Of a stretch of 64,000 bases of DNA, positions 24,821 to 37,539 are shown one piece after another. Location: assembly GCF_006345805.1 (NCBI RefSeq), contig NC_042998.1:199392001-199456000 (forward strand), read 5' to 3'. Position 1 is the first letter of the stretch. The number at the start of each line of letters is the position of its first letter. The notes beneath the pieces were generated by a model. The model made no database searches. It was not told the DNA's origin and saw only the letters and a program-made list of their open reading frames with translations. A program made the translations under genes and the position numbers. This stretch comes from Octopus sinensis. Lineage: Eukaryota.

Positions 24821-26126
24821 GTATGTATGCATATATATATATATATGATATATATATGTATGTATATATATATATATAGTATGTTATATATATATATTGT
24901 ATGTATGTCTATATATATATATGTGTATGTATGTATATATATATATGTATGATATATATATATGTATGTATGTATATATATATATGTATGTTTGTATATA
25001 TATATATATATATATCTATATATATATGTATGTATATATATATATGTATGTATATATATATATTTTATATAATGTATATATATATATGTATATATGTAGT
25101 ATGTATATATATATATGTATATATATAATGTATGTAGTATGTATGCATGTATGTATATTATATATATATATTATATATATATATATATATCTACACATAA
25201 ACACGAACATACACATACGCACACAATATCAATCGAATTAATTCAAAATTCCATTCTCTCTTTGTTTCTCTCTTCCTCTCTTCCTCCTTCCCATCTCCTC
25301 TTCCCATCATTCGATATTATTATTACGCCGATGGAAACATCCCACACCGCTTCACTCCAAACAGAAACAATAATATACGAACAGACAGACTCAATCACGT
25401 GCTCGCTTATGCACATCGGTAAATGGTTTCAATTCCCCGTCGAAGATATTTCACTTCACTTGCGCTGCCAAATGATTTAGCAAATGGATGAACGCCTCAA
25501 AATCTCATTTGTAAATGACATCTTCACTTACCTTAATTTCGGTATCAAAGTAAATGAACCTGAGATGAAAACCGGTTTGCGAACTAACCATTCGGGGTTA
25601 ATCAATGTGAAGTAGAGAACAGCCCTTTTTCCTGAACAGCATTGGTTATTATTAACTAGGAACTTTGGGACGTTTTCTTGTATACTATGGAAAGTTGTGA
25701 CATTTATGAATTGGTCAGGGTATTAAAGATAGGGGTGGCTTCGATCGAGCGCATTTTGAAACCTCTTTGCTATATTGCCGACTTGTGTTCAGGGACTGAT
25801 GGGAGATCTAAAAAAAAAGAAAAAAAGACGAATCAATCATAATTAACTTGAGAGGTAGCGCAACTATCCAAGGGTAAAAGTCTTAGAATGCTTTCTATAG
25901 ATAGATTCAATTCTGCTGAAGATACCCACTCTAAAATATATATTTCATTATGCTGCTGTATCTTATAGATTCTACAAATTAATATTAAAAACGTTATATG
26001 GTCTTTAACATCAACGAACACTTCAGCTCTGAAAAGTTATGGAGAATAAACTCAGTTAAGGGCTTCTAAGGAACAGGTTATGTGGTCAACTCCAGAGGCG
26101 GATCGAAAGATGATACCCTAACAATA

Positions 26127-26585
26127 TATTCTTTTCTACTCTATGTACAAGGCCCGAATTTTTGGGGGAGGTGGACCAGTCAATTAGATCAACCCCAGTA
26201 CGCAACTAGTACTTATATATCGACCCCGAAAGGATGAAAGGCAAAGTTGACAATGCAGTGTCTTCTGGCTATTAAAAACTTTCAAAATAACTGCGCTTTC
26301 TTTTGAAACACTTCAAAATGTTTCTGAGACTCTGAAAAGCAGACAATAGTGTATCTAATAATAATGATCTATTCGTATCGACAACAGTTTAATTGCAACA
26401 ATTCTTCAATTGACAAAAAGCAACAATTTATGGCCCTTATTCTTCCCATATTAAATTCCGCCGAGGTCGACTTTGCCTTTCATCCTTTCGGGGTTGATAA
26501 ATTAAGTACCAGTTGCATACTGATCTAATTGACTGGTCTCCTCCCTAAAATATTCGGCCCTTGTGCCTAGAGTAGAAAAAAATAT
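26127..26585. mobile_element. Two SINE-A2 3' fragments in opposite orientation (26127-26251 minus; 26453-26585 plus)
   Basis: A2 tail AAATATTCGGCCCTTGTGCCTAGAGTAGAAAA and its reverse complement. Confidence 0.7.
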
Positions 26586-26745
26586 TCTTTACATATTGTT
26601 ACAACTACTGCTGCTCCTCTGAAAAACAGGATGGGTATCAACTCCTCCTTAAAACACCCGTTATTTCACTTTCTGGAGCAATCATGTGCGTCATTCACTA
26701 AATATTGTCCCCATACACCTCACAGCGTTGTTTCCGCCACATACC

Positions 26746-26987
26746 TATTTCTTTATTACCCACAAGGGGCTAAACACAGAGGGGACAAACAAGGACAGAC
26801 ATAGGTATTAAGTCGATTACATCGACCCCAGTGCGTAACTGGTACTTAATTTATCGACCCCGAAAGGATGAAATGCAAAGTCGACCTCGGCGGAATTTGA
26901 ACTCACAACGTAACGCAGACGAAATACGGCTAAGCATTTCGCCCGGCGTGCTAACGTTTCTGCCAGCTCGCCGCCTTTGCCAGCTCG
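26746..26987 (-). mobile_element. SINE-A with duplicated head tip
   Basis: 12-bp TSD CCGCCACATACC at 26734-26745 and 26988-26999. Confidence 0.9.
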
Positions 26988-27321
26988 CCGCCACATACCG
27001 AGGACTGCTAAAACCCGAACACTCTCTGTCTAGTTACGCTTCATCAGCTACAGACGCCTGTTCGTCGTTCATTCCACACTCCAAGATGTTTACCTACAAC
27101 AAAAGCTGTACTTATTGGGGGAGTTAATGACTACGGTAGCTATGCAGAATCACGTATCTTTCAGCCTCGATATGTTTTTACTCACATAGTCTATAATAAG
27201 TATATCTTTTCTGAGACAATTACTTAAGTAAAAGTTTCCCCACATCTGTTTGTATGCAAGCGTGTTAAATATAGACATAGCTTTTTGTATATGCATATCC
27301 ACGCACACACACACACACACA

Positions 27322-27362
<41 letters not shown>

Positions 27363-27378
27363 CACATATATATATATA

Positions 27379-28182
27379 CAGTGGGGGGAAATAAATATTC
27401 GTAAATATCAAAATTCTTTATTTATTTAATTTCTAATGAACATAAATGGGATATACCAATACTATATTTGCATACACTTGTATAAACTAAGAATATGCAA
27501 AAGAAACAAATTTTAAATGGGCATCTCTATGCCTTTTAGTGACCAGCGGAGTTTTTCTAGGAGAGCGTGACTTCAGTTCATTCCTATGTCGATTCTTCGC
27601 TTCATTTTTATTAAAGATCTAGGGGAAATCTTGCGTGGTGCACCGGATCTTATTCGGTTTTCAACAGTTCCCGATTCTTTATATCTTTGAATAAATGAAG
27701 ATATGGTAGTAAATGGAATACAAAGGGTCTCTGATATTTTCCTGTAACTTTCACCTGCTTTCCATTGTTCAATAATTAAATCTATCACTGTATTTGTGAG
27801 TTCTTTACTTTTCGCCATTATTACGATACTACTTTATGTTGTCTCAGTGCTGAATGAAGAAGCTAGTGTTTTGACACTTAAAAATGACAACTGATAAGAT
27901 TATTGGAGCAAACGAGAAAGTTCTAGTAATAAAAAAAAGTATTTTAACAGTATTTTGTGGCATAGAAAATCAGAAATTTATTCTGTACGAATACTTTTGT
28001 CACCCCTAAATATTTATAATTGTATATAAATTCATTAGTTACTATAATTTATTAGTTCCTTTTGCATATTCTTAGTTTATGCATGTGTATGCAAATATAG
28101 TATAGGTACGTTCATTTATGTTCATTAGTAATTATATAAATGAAGAATTTTGACATGTACGAATATTTATTTCTCCCCACTG
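27379..28182 (-). mobile_element. Internally deleted Tc1-like transposon with long TIRs
   Basis: TA-flanked. TIRs CAGTGGGGGGAAATAAATATTCGT / ACGAATATTTATTTCTCCCCACTG extend for more than 100 bp. ORF 27573-27818 is an N-terminal paired-like HTH ending in RSGAPRKIS. Confidence 0.9.
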
Positions 28183-28979
28183 TATATATTTATATACATA
28201 TATATATTTATATGTATTTATATGTATATATATACTGTTGTGTCTGGGGAGAGTAATTTTCTTTTTGTGCCTTATAATTTAACACTCTCACCAGTAAAAT
28301 TTTCCTTTATTTCTTATTTTTATTTTCCTAAAATTTTCGTTGCGTCTTGCAACCTTTTCAATAGTCTTGACTCTGTCTGTTATTTACACTGCTTTCCTTT
28401 TTGTTTGTTTGCGCGCATGTGTCTGGGTCAGTTTGTGTGTGTGTGTGTGTGTGTGCCTATGCATGCATGTACGTATGTATGTATGTGTGCATGTAAGTAT
28501 GTATGTATGCGTGTGTATGTATATATGTGTGTATATGCATATGTATATATGTATGTATGTGTGTGCATCTCTATGTATGTATCCTGTATATTCATGTGCT
28601 TGCAAGTCCGTGTTTGTGTATCTTATATGTATGTGTGTGTGGGAGCGTGTGTTTGTATATGTATGCACTTCTGTCTCCTTGTGTGTGCATGTCTGTGGTG
28701 TGTGTTTTTGCATCTATGCACCATGTTTGTATGTATGTATGTGCATCTTTATATGTGTAGACCCGTGTCTCCATATGTGTCCTTGTGTGGAGTAAAGTGT
28801 GTGTGTATATATGGTTATGTGTTTCAGTCTCCATTTGCGTGTGCTTGTCTGTTCTTATAATCTTTGTACCTATCCGTTTGTATGTTGATCTGTTTATTTT
28901 CATATCCATATGCTTACATACAAACAAAAACAAACACACACAACACACACACACACACACACACATAAATATATATATA

Positions 28980-29122
28980 GGGATTTCTCACCAAGAGTAG
29001 AGTCCACTGTAGGCTCGAAACGTAAAAGACTTTTTCTATTCCTGAACGTTATACTAATACATCTGTTTGTTTTGTACACTACCTGTTTTCGTCTTTGTTT
29101 ATTTTTATAAACTCTCCCTATA
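28980..29122 (+). mobile_element. Mini HHR element, 5' core missing
   Basis: GTAGGCTC-GAAAC-GTA-AAAGAC, with a tail homologous to 43995-44085. Ends in (TA)n. Confidence 0.65.
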
Positions 29123-29887
29123 TATATATATATAAATTATACTATTTTATATAGAGATTATTAACATTAACAATACTCAGAAACAGGCTAGAATCGAAGT
29201 GCTCAAATTGAGCTGTGTTCCAATTTATAATTTGAATGGAGGCAATACCAACGGAAATCTAGAGGACACATGACCTATTATCCAACAGAATATTCAATAT
29301 ATATGTGTACCCTCTTCGACATTGAACATTATCTTCGTATATTAGTATGTCCTTATAATGTTTCATAATTTCAAACTTTCCACGGGACTCCGTGTTGTAA
29401 TTTGTAAATTTTTATTCCCTTGTATCTTATCGTGTGAATTAATAATTCAATATGTCTCATATTATATTCATGTTTTCTGTTTTGCCTGCGTACTTATATA
29501 TATATTTATGAGCATTAAAAAATTTTTTTAAATATCTACGAGTTTTATCTTATATCATATTAACGTTTTTTTTATATCTATTTATGTATCTATTTATGTG
29601 TTTATATGTTTTTAAAAATGTCTACGTATTTTAAAACATTTAAAAATATTTGCGTGCTTTTAAATATTAAATATTTATTTGTTTATGTGCTTGTATGTTT
29701 TTAATACTAATATTATTTCGAACTTTATGTATAAGAAAGTACACATATATATTGAATATTCTAGTTTTCCGTTCGGATTGCCTCCATTTAAATTATATGT
29801 ATATATATATATATGTATATATACTCACGTACACATACATGCATATATATATATATATACTATACATACGTATATATATATATATAT

Positions 29888-29965
<78 letters not shown>

Positions 29966-29970
<5 letters not shown>

Positions 29971-30311
29971 GCAGCAGACTCGCGGCATAGGATAGAGGTT
30001 TCGACTCCCAGGCCTGGCGTTGTGAATGTTTATGAGCGAAAACACCAAAAGCTCCACCAGTCTGGGGATGGTAGCGAACCCTGCTGTACTCTTTCATAAC
30101 AACTTTCTCTCGCTCTTTCTTCCTGCTTCTCTTGTACCTGTATTTGTACCTTGTTACACTCCCTGTCACACTGAATCTCCCCGAGAACTACTTTAAGGGT
30201 AACCGTGCCTGTGGAGGGCTCAGCTACTTACATGCACGTTAATTTCACGAGCAGTCTGTTTCGTTGATTCGGTCAAGTGGAACCCTCGTCGTCGTAAACG
30301 ACGGAGTGCCA
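29966..30311 (+). mobile_element. SINE-F, tail variant 3
   Basis: Homologous to the reverse complement of 16648-17033. Confidence 0.8.
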
Positions 30312-30920
30312 TTTTAATTTTCATTCCTTTCATGAATTTATCCCTTTTTGTGTTCTAGCACAACGCTTCCTTATTTGGAAGCCTTTTATTGTATTTCTAT
30401 ATGAATAATATATAGTCTAATGACTAATTCGTGTTTTGTGCTAGGTCACTGGTAATAATAATTCATTTTTATTACTCTATTTGATTATATCTAAATATTG
30501 CTTGATAAATTTGTTCGTAAATTTTTTACCGGCATCCTCTCTGTCGCCGGGTATGATTTGCGTCTGCGCAGAGGTTTGAAAAGTTAAGATTTACAAACCG
30601 TTAGATCTACATGTGCTTCTAACGGTCTGTGCATCTAGGATTACGAAGGCTTCTCACTGAAGAACCTGGCCTGGCAAATATATTCTGTTTGTTTGCTGAA
30701 AATAGGTAGAAACCGTTCGGTCTGGGATATAGCGGAGATGGTAAATGTTTTTAATTGTCATTCCTTTCATGAATTTATCCCTTTTTGTGTTCTAGCACAA
30801 CGCTTCCTTATTTGGAAGCCCTTTATTGTATTTCTATATGAATAATATATAGTCTAAGGACTAATTCGTCTTTTGTGCTAGGCCACTGGTAATAATAATA
30901 ATTCATTTTTATTACCCTAT
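30312..30920 (+). mobile_element. Retrozyme-like ~1.4-mer, period 437 bp
   Basis: Direct repeat of about 30312-30480 at about 30750-30920. One HHR lies between the repeats. Ends in (TA)n. Confidence 0.75.
30652..30727 (+). ncRNA. Type I hammerhead ribozyme motif
   Basis: TCTCA-CTGAAGA-ACCT...GCAAATA/TGTTTGC...AGGT-A-GAAAC-CGTTCG-GTC-TGGGA. Stem I TCTCA/TGGGA, stem III ACCG/CGGT. Confidence 0.75.
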
Positions 30921-31989
30921 ATTATTATATTTATATATATACACACACACACACACCACACACATATATATATATATATACTATATATATATATATATAA
31001 TATATATATATATAGAAACGTGCACAAGTATATATAGAATAATCTTTATGGAGAATTAATTCACGACGCAGAAGCAAATCTATAAACAGTAGCTGAAAAA
31101 CAGTTTTGGATGCAAAAAGTCAAAGGTTGCCACCCAATATTTGCATGCTATTGCTTATAGCAACTTATGTACTCCGAGATACACACACAAAATATTCCAC
31201 GTTCTGTCGAATGTTTATAGATTCTTATGACGTCAGCATATGTGTGTATGCGTGTGCACGCGCAATTTCGGTCTGCCAATTTCTACTCACAATCTATTGG
31301 TTAACCCAAGGCTAGGGTAAATGATGACCACATCCTACCACAGCTTTGGGTTGAATAATGCCTCAGGAAATGGGTTCGCTCTCGACACCTTTTGGTTATG
31401 AAGCGACCTTAAACGTTTACCCTTGTTTACACTAATATTTACCTCACTGTATTAATGATACCCCGTTTGTCAAATTCGAAAAATAAGTAAGAAGTGTTGG
31501 CCACGATGGGATTTGAACTCGTAATTTTAATTCATTGCATTAGCATTATTTCTTCAGTTCAGCTCTGTTCCAAGAATAATATACTTTTCTCACCCTGACC
31601 AAGAATTTTCTTTCACCAGTAAGATGGACTTGCAACGTGGCATCAGGCCAAGTCGAGAACAGTCGATTCAAATAACTTAACACTTGATATTTACTTATCA
31701 TCAACCCCAGAGGGCAGTTATCACGTTTGAACGTGTTGAGATTTGAACGCAAAATAGAAATAGGATTAAGAACTTGACCGGCTGGCCTAAATACGTATTA
31801 AGCACAGTGTCATACATCTTGTGTCGGATATTATTCCTTTAATTAATTCCTGCGAAGAGAGAAAAAAATAGGGCGACTTCAGAATGAGTTGAGCACAAAA
31901 AGCAGCACCTAGGCAAACATATAATTTGTCAAATGAATTTATTCGGACTCTGTACTGAGTACCCATTTCTTTCGCAAGAAACGGTGACG

Positions 31990-32745
31990 GTGCATGGCTT
32001 CGTGGTTAAGGTATTTGACTCACGCTACTGGCGGTGAGCTGGCAGAATCGTTAGCACGCCGGGCGAAATGCCTAGCGGTATTTCGTCTGCCGCTACGTTC
32101 TGAGTTCAAATTCCGACGGAGGTCGACTTTGCCTTTCATCTTTTAAGTCCACGGGCATATGGCGTAGTGGTTAACAGCGCGAGTTACTAACCCCGAGGTT
32201 CCGAATTCTCCTTAAAGAAGGCGGCGAGCTGGCAGAAACGTTAGCACGTCGGGCGAAATGCTTAGCGGTATTTCGTCTGCGTTACGTTCTGAGTTCAAAT
32301 TACGCCGAGGTCGACTTTGCCTTTCCTCCTTTCGGGGTCGATTAAATAAATACCAGTTACGCACTGGGGTAAATGTAATCGACTTAATCCATCTGTCCCT
32401 CCTTGTTCGTCCTCTCTGTGTTTAGCCCCTTGTGGGTAGTATATAAATAGGTATTTGACTCACGTTAATAAGGTCGTGAGTTCAATTCCTGGTTACACGT
32501 TGTGTTCTTAAGCAAGATACCGTATTTCCCGTTATTGCAGTCCACTTAGCTGGCAAAAATGAGCAGTACCTGTATCCTAAAGGGCCAACCTTGTCCCATT
32601 CTGTGTCTCGCTGAATCTCCCTAAGAGCTACGTTAAAGGTACATGTATTTGTGAAGTGCACAGCAACATTCGCGTTAATTTCAGGAGCAAGCTGTTCCGT
32701 TGATCGGATCGTCTGGAACCTCGTTGTCGTAACCGACTGAGCACC
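31990..32745 (+). mobile_element. SINE-B/E interrupted by a composite SINE insertion (32025-32448)
   Basis: 16-bp TSD AGGTATTTGACTCACG (32009-32024 / 32449-32464) inside the host tRNA-like head. Confidence 0.8.
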
Positions 32746-32952
32746 ATTTATAAAGAAACGGTAACAACAATAATGATATCTAACTGTGAAACAAACCCAC
32801 TTGTAGAATGCAAAGTCGATTACTTTTGGTAACCCCCAAATAGATAAGAAGGAAAGCTGGCCTTTGCGAAATTTAAATTCAGAAAAAGATGTAAGAAATA
32901 GCATCAGTTTTCTTTGTGCTCAACATTTCTAACAATACTTCTGTTCATTAAT

Positions 32953-33490
32953 CTATTTCTTTACTACCCACAAGGGGCTAAACACAGAGGGGACAAACAA
33001 GGACAGACAAACGGATTAAGTGGATTACATCGACCCCAGTGCATAATCGACCCCAATAGGATGAAAGGTAAAGTCGACCTCGGCGGAATTTGAACTCAGA
33101 ACGTAAAGACAGACGAAATACCTATTTCTTTACTACCCACAGCGGACTAAACAGAGAGAGGACAAACAAGGACAGACAAAGGGATTAAGTCGATTATAGC
33201 GACCCCAGTGCGTAACTGTTACTTATTTAATTGACCCCGAAAGGATGAAAGGCAAATCGACCTCGGAGGAATTTGAACTCAGAACGTAACAGTAGACGAA
33301 ATACCTATTTCTTTATTACCCACAAGGGGCTAAACACAGAGGGGACAAACAAGGACAGACATAGGTATTAAGTCAATTACATCGACCCCAGTGCGTAACT
33401 GGTACTTAATTTATCGACCCCGAAAGGATGAAAGGCAAAGTCGACGAAATACCGCTAAGCATTTCGCCCGGCGTGCTAACGATTCTGCCG
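32953..33490 (-). mobile_element. SINE-A trimer
   Basis: Unit junctions at about 33121 and 33304. A head is present only on the rightmost unit. Confidence 0.9.
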
Positions 33491-33619
33491 GCAATAACAA
33501 AAGTTTCTGATTTAAGCACAAGATCAGCAGTTTTCAGAGGAAGGGACTTAGTCGATATCACCGAGCCCTCTACATGCTAAAAATAAGAAACAGTTTTCTA
33601 CGAACCAACCTAATATTTT

Positions 33620-34200
33620 GCACTATCTCCCCGTTAATTTCTTTATGATACTCATTACTACTTTTGAAGCTTTTCTTTGCGAATTTACCGATGTATCTGT
33701 GCTTATATGATCTCTAAAGCCTAGGCGTTACAGTGCCCACATTTTGGAAACTGACAGTAGAGATCTTTTGAAGTTTGCAGTTTTCTCTGGAAACGTATAC
33801 ACCACAGCGATTATCTTTTTCTAACCGTTCATTCCAAAAGTCATAATTATATTCACACTTTCAGTATTTGACATCCATGTTTCGCACCCATACAGTGCAG
33901 CTGAAATTACTATTGCACTTTAAACCACGAGCTTTCGTTCTTAACGTAATGTTTATTTTTGCAAACGGGGTCTAATTTTACAAAATCCACTATAGCTGGT
34001 GAAATCAAATAAATTACTTCTGTCTTCGATTTCACACCTTCCGATCTTCTTCCTGTGAAATATTGAACTTCATCAAAGTCTTTGCGTGGCTCTGTTATTT
34101 CAATTAGACTTAGTATTCTCATTGTTTTTACAAGTAGTCGTTATTTTACCTTTTCGGTATTTGGTTCAATTCCCCATCTTCTTGCAACTGTATCTAGGCG
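33620..34200 (-). pseudogene. RTE-clade LINE RT C-terminal fragment
   Basis: Frameshifted LRTKAR...AIVISAALYGCETW motif. Confidence 0.7.
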
Positions 34201-34223
34201 TGTTGTAAGTTGATTTGTTTTTG

Positions 34224-34306
<83 letters not shown>

Positions 34307-34350
34307 GTCTGTCAGTAAATATCTATCTGTTTCTCTGTCTGTCTTGCTCT

Positions 34351-35552
34351 TTAAAAGGAGGGCTGGACATGCCGTGGTTGATGATGCGCTGACACACGCT
34401 AAGACTGCGGCATCACCGGCTCTACGTAGACGTCGGTGAACAGGCGTGGTCGCCGTTTGTGAGGCGCGATTTCCTGCACATCGTCTCCAAGACTGAACTG
34501 CAGTCTTGGATCAAAAAGAAGCCGAGGAAGGGCGAATGGCACCGCGAGTGTTGCGTTGCTCTCGAGCAACTATGCCGTCCCGGGTCGACCTTGGGCGACT
34601 GCAACACAACCAAAACATTCTAATAGGATATTAGTGGAGGGGAGATACGACGACGATCTTGGGGCGAACCTGGGCGTCGACGAGGAGTACCTGACCCGCC
34701 TGTTCAAGACGACTTTCAAACCGGGACCTATGGACAACTTCCAGGAATCCCTGGCCTGGCAGTGCTATCGAGAAGTGCTACCCATTCGGGATAAGCTTTA
34801 CAGGCATGGCTCGAGAAACACGGGGCCTACCTGCCCAAGTTGCGGTCAGAGAAACGAAACCGTTCAGCACGCACTCGTATAGTGTCCAACCATTTCCGAC
34901 CTGTGGGCCTATGTCGAACGACAGCTATCGCGTGTGGGACGGGTCAATTTATCAACTGAGTCTATCGTGAATATTGTCGCGCCTCCTTCCTTGAAACAGG
35001 AAGGAAGGGTAATTTTCATTGTGCTTGTGGCTATGGCGAAAGAAAGTGTAAGGTGGACACGTCTGAAAGGTCTAGAGACAAACACTTTCTTCTCAGGTGA
35101 AGCTCTCATCGACTTCTTCAAGTATCTCTTGAAGAGAATGGTGAGAGTAGAGAAGGAAGTTTTGTCTAGTGAATGTTTCAATAAAAGGAGGGTGAATGTA
35201 GCGAAGATGGCAGATGTGAATGACGGAGCCACCTTGAGCATAATCCTATGAACCAGAAAAAGAAAGGAAAAAAGAGTCACTGTGATGTGTTTTTTGCATG
35301 ACATTATTGCCGGTGGTCGTTTCCGTAGGCTTTTTTTTCCCCACAAACAAACCTAATCTGTTTTCCCTTTTACATTATGACATTTCTGTGATACACGATC
35401 CCTATTGATCGGCGTCCTTTTTCCCCCTTCTTCCCACGATCCCTTTTGATCGAAATTCTACCCCACTTTTTGTTTTTCTTTTCCCAAAAAGAAAAGCTCT
35501 ACTTTGTATTTTGTACCCTCTGTGTTCAGCCCTGTGTGGCTAATAAAGAAAC
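34351..35552 (+). mobile_element. 5'-truncated Tx1/L1-clade LINE (ORF2 C-terminus and 3' UTR)
   Basis: One frame runs 34556-35251 with a single TAG. Cys-His motif CPSCGQRNETVQHALV*CP. T-rich 3' UTR ending in AATAAAG. (TATC)n on both sides. Confidence 0.8.
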
Positions 35553-35625
35553 ATATCTATCTGTCAATATCTATCCGTTTGTCTGTCTGTATGTCTGTCA
35601 ATATGTTTGTGTGTATGTATGCATG

Positions 35626-35696
<71 letters not shown>

Positions 35697-35732
35697 ATCT
35701 ATCTATCTATCTATCTATCATCTATCTATCTA

Positions 35733-35763
<31 letters not shown>

Positions 35764-37059
35764 GCTTGTCTTTCGATAAGTGAATAATAAATAAATAAAT
35801 AAAGAAGTAAATAAAGGAAGACAATAGTCAGAAACTGGAGAAATACTATTTATTATAATTCATAAAACCTTTCAATTCTTTCATTTATCTTTTACTTGTT
35901 TTAGCCATCAGACTGCAGCCCTGCTGGACACAACCTTCAAGAGTAGTCGAATGAGTCCACCTTAGTACTTATTTTCACTTCTGTACCATCTTATACTCCT
36001 TCAAACCAGCCAAGTCCAGCTCCCTTCACTTCATCTCCGTGGCCTCAGCAAAACTCCTTGTCTTCTCCAATACTCCGTCCACCTTTATGACCGCCCTTAC
36101 CAGCTTCTCCTCTGCTGAAGACAACTCCGACCCGCTAAAGTCTGAGTACACCATCTCTACCTTCAAAGTAGCACAAAAAACGTCCGATTCGCACAAAAAC
36201 GACAAACCAAATGCATTCTGGGTGACGCATGCGCGGGAATAAACTTCTTACCACACAGCTACGCATGCGCCTTTTTCTTAAAGTAAATTGATTACTTTTG
36301 CTTAATATGAGAGGGATATCAGTTGTTTATTGAAAATGTCAGAATTTTAAATACTGTTAATGAGTTTGATTGCTTGGATCTGAGGGTTGAACAGAGAATG
36401 CTTGGGAGTAGCCATTTAAGAGTTTGACCAATTGTTTATTGTTTTGAATATATTGTACATGTATGTGTGTCAGTGTGTGTGTGTGTGTGTGTATGTGTGT
36501 GTGTGCGTGTGCACGCATGTGGTGAGTATTTAAAGCGTGTATTTTAGGAAAGCTGTCTAAAAGGGCCAACTATTTATTGATTCCATTGTACGTAGAGAAA
36601 TATCAGCAGTTTATTTAAGAATGAGACAAAGACCTAAAGATTTCTGCTTGGTTGTTTTGATGTGAAACTAATTCAGAAATACCTAGCTGTTTATTGATGA
36701 TATCATTTTATTCTTGGTTTAATCAGAGAAATCATTAAATGGTTGACTGTTTTTTTTTGTCCAAAATATGCGAAATTTTTTTCTTCATTTGCAGTACTTC
36801 TCCAACTTCTGACTGCTTTGTTCTTTTATCAACGTATAAAATCTGTAAACCTCTACACACACACATACACAAACACCTCCCCCCACACATATATACAAAT
36901 ATATTTCCCTATAACATACAAAATATAAAAAAACAGCTCTTAAGGAACTGTGTTTTCTTTTCTTAGTATTCAGTATTTCTTTGCTCTATATCGATTACAT
37001 CGACATAGGACACTGGGGTCAATGTAATCGACTTACCATCTCCTCCTAACTTGTTGTAT

Positions 37060-37100
<41 letters not shown>

Positions 37101-37371
37101 TCTATATGCTTACACACACATATTTACATGCCTTCATTTATAATTCTCTACATAATAATAGCACAGATGTTTTGCTCATAGAACCATGAGGTTAATAGAT
37201 TAGAAAAGAACTCATTGCACAAGATTGGATAAGCTCTTTAATCTTGTGTTTTTCTGACTTTGATGTCAGCATTGCAGCTGTTTATCAAACTACCACAATA
37301 GCTGAAATCCTCTACCGGATTCACCGTTGATCCGTTTATTGCTCCAAGTTTCGGTTGAGGGACATATATAC

Positions 37372-37517
37372 ATATTTCTTTATTACCCACAAGGGGCTAA
37401 AAATAGAGTAGACAACCAAGGACAGACAAAGGGATTAAGTCGATTACATCGACCCCAGTGCGTAACTGGTACTTAATTTATCGACCCCGAAAGTATGAAA
37501 GGCAAAGTCGACCTCAG
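37372..37517 (-). mobile_element. SINE-A, 5'-truncated
   Basis: 11-bp TSD GACATATATAC at 37361-37371 and 37518-37528. Confidence 0.85.
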
Positions 37518-37539
37518 ACATATATACCGTTCATTTAAT

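Noticed and set aside
23347-25241. Many ORFs rich in Y/I/C/V/H/T (also at 28150, 38943, 47442, 51591 and 53875)
   Set aside because: They are translations of (TA)n, (CA)n, (TATG)n and (TAA)n repeats that lack stops by composition.
26720-27050. HHR-like CTGATGA...GAAAC on the minus strand, split by a SINE-A insertion
   Set aside because: After removing the SINE, stems I and II do not pair and the cleavage triplet ends in G.
32953-33490. CRISPR-like array (also considered at 53400-53568)
   Set aside because: No unique spacers and no cas genes. The units are SINE bodies or TA-separated motifs in eukaryotic DNA.
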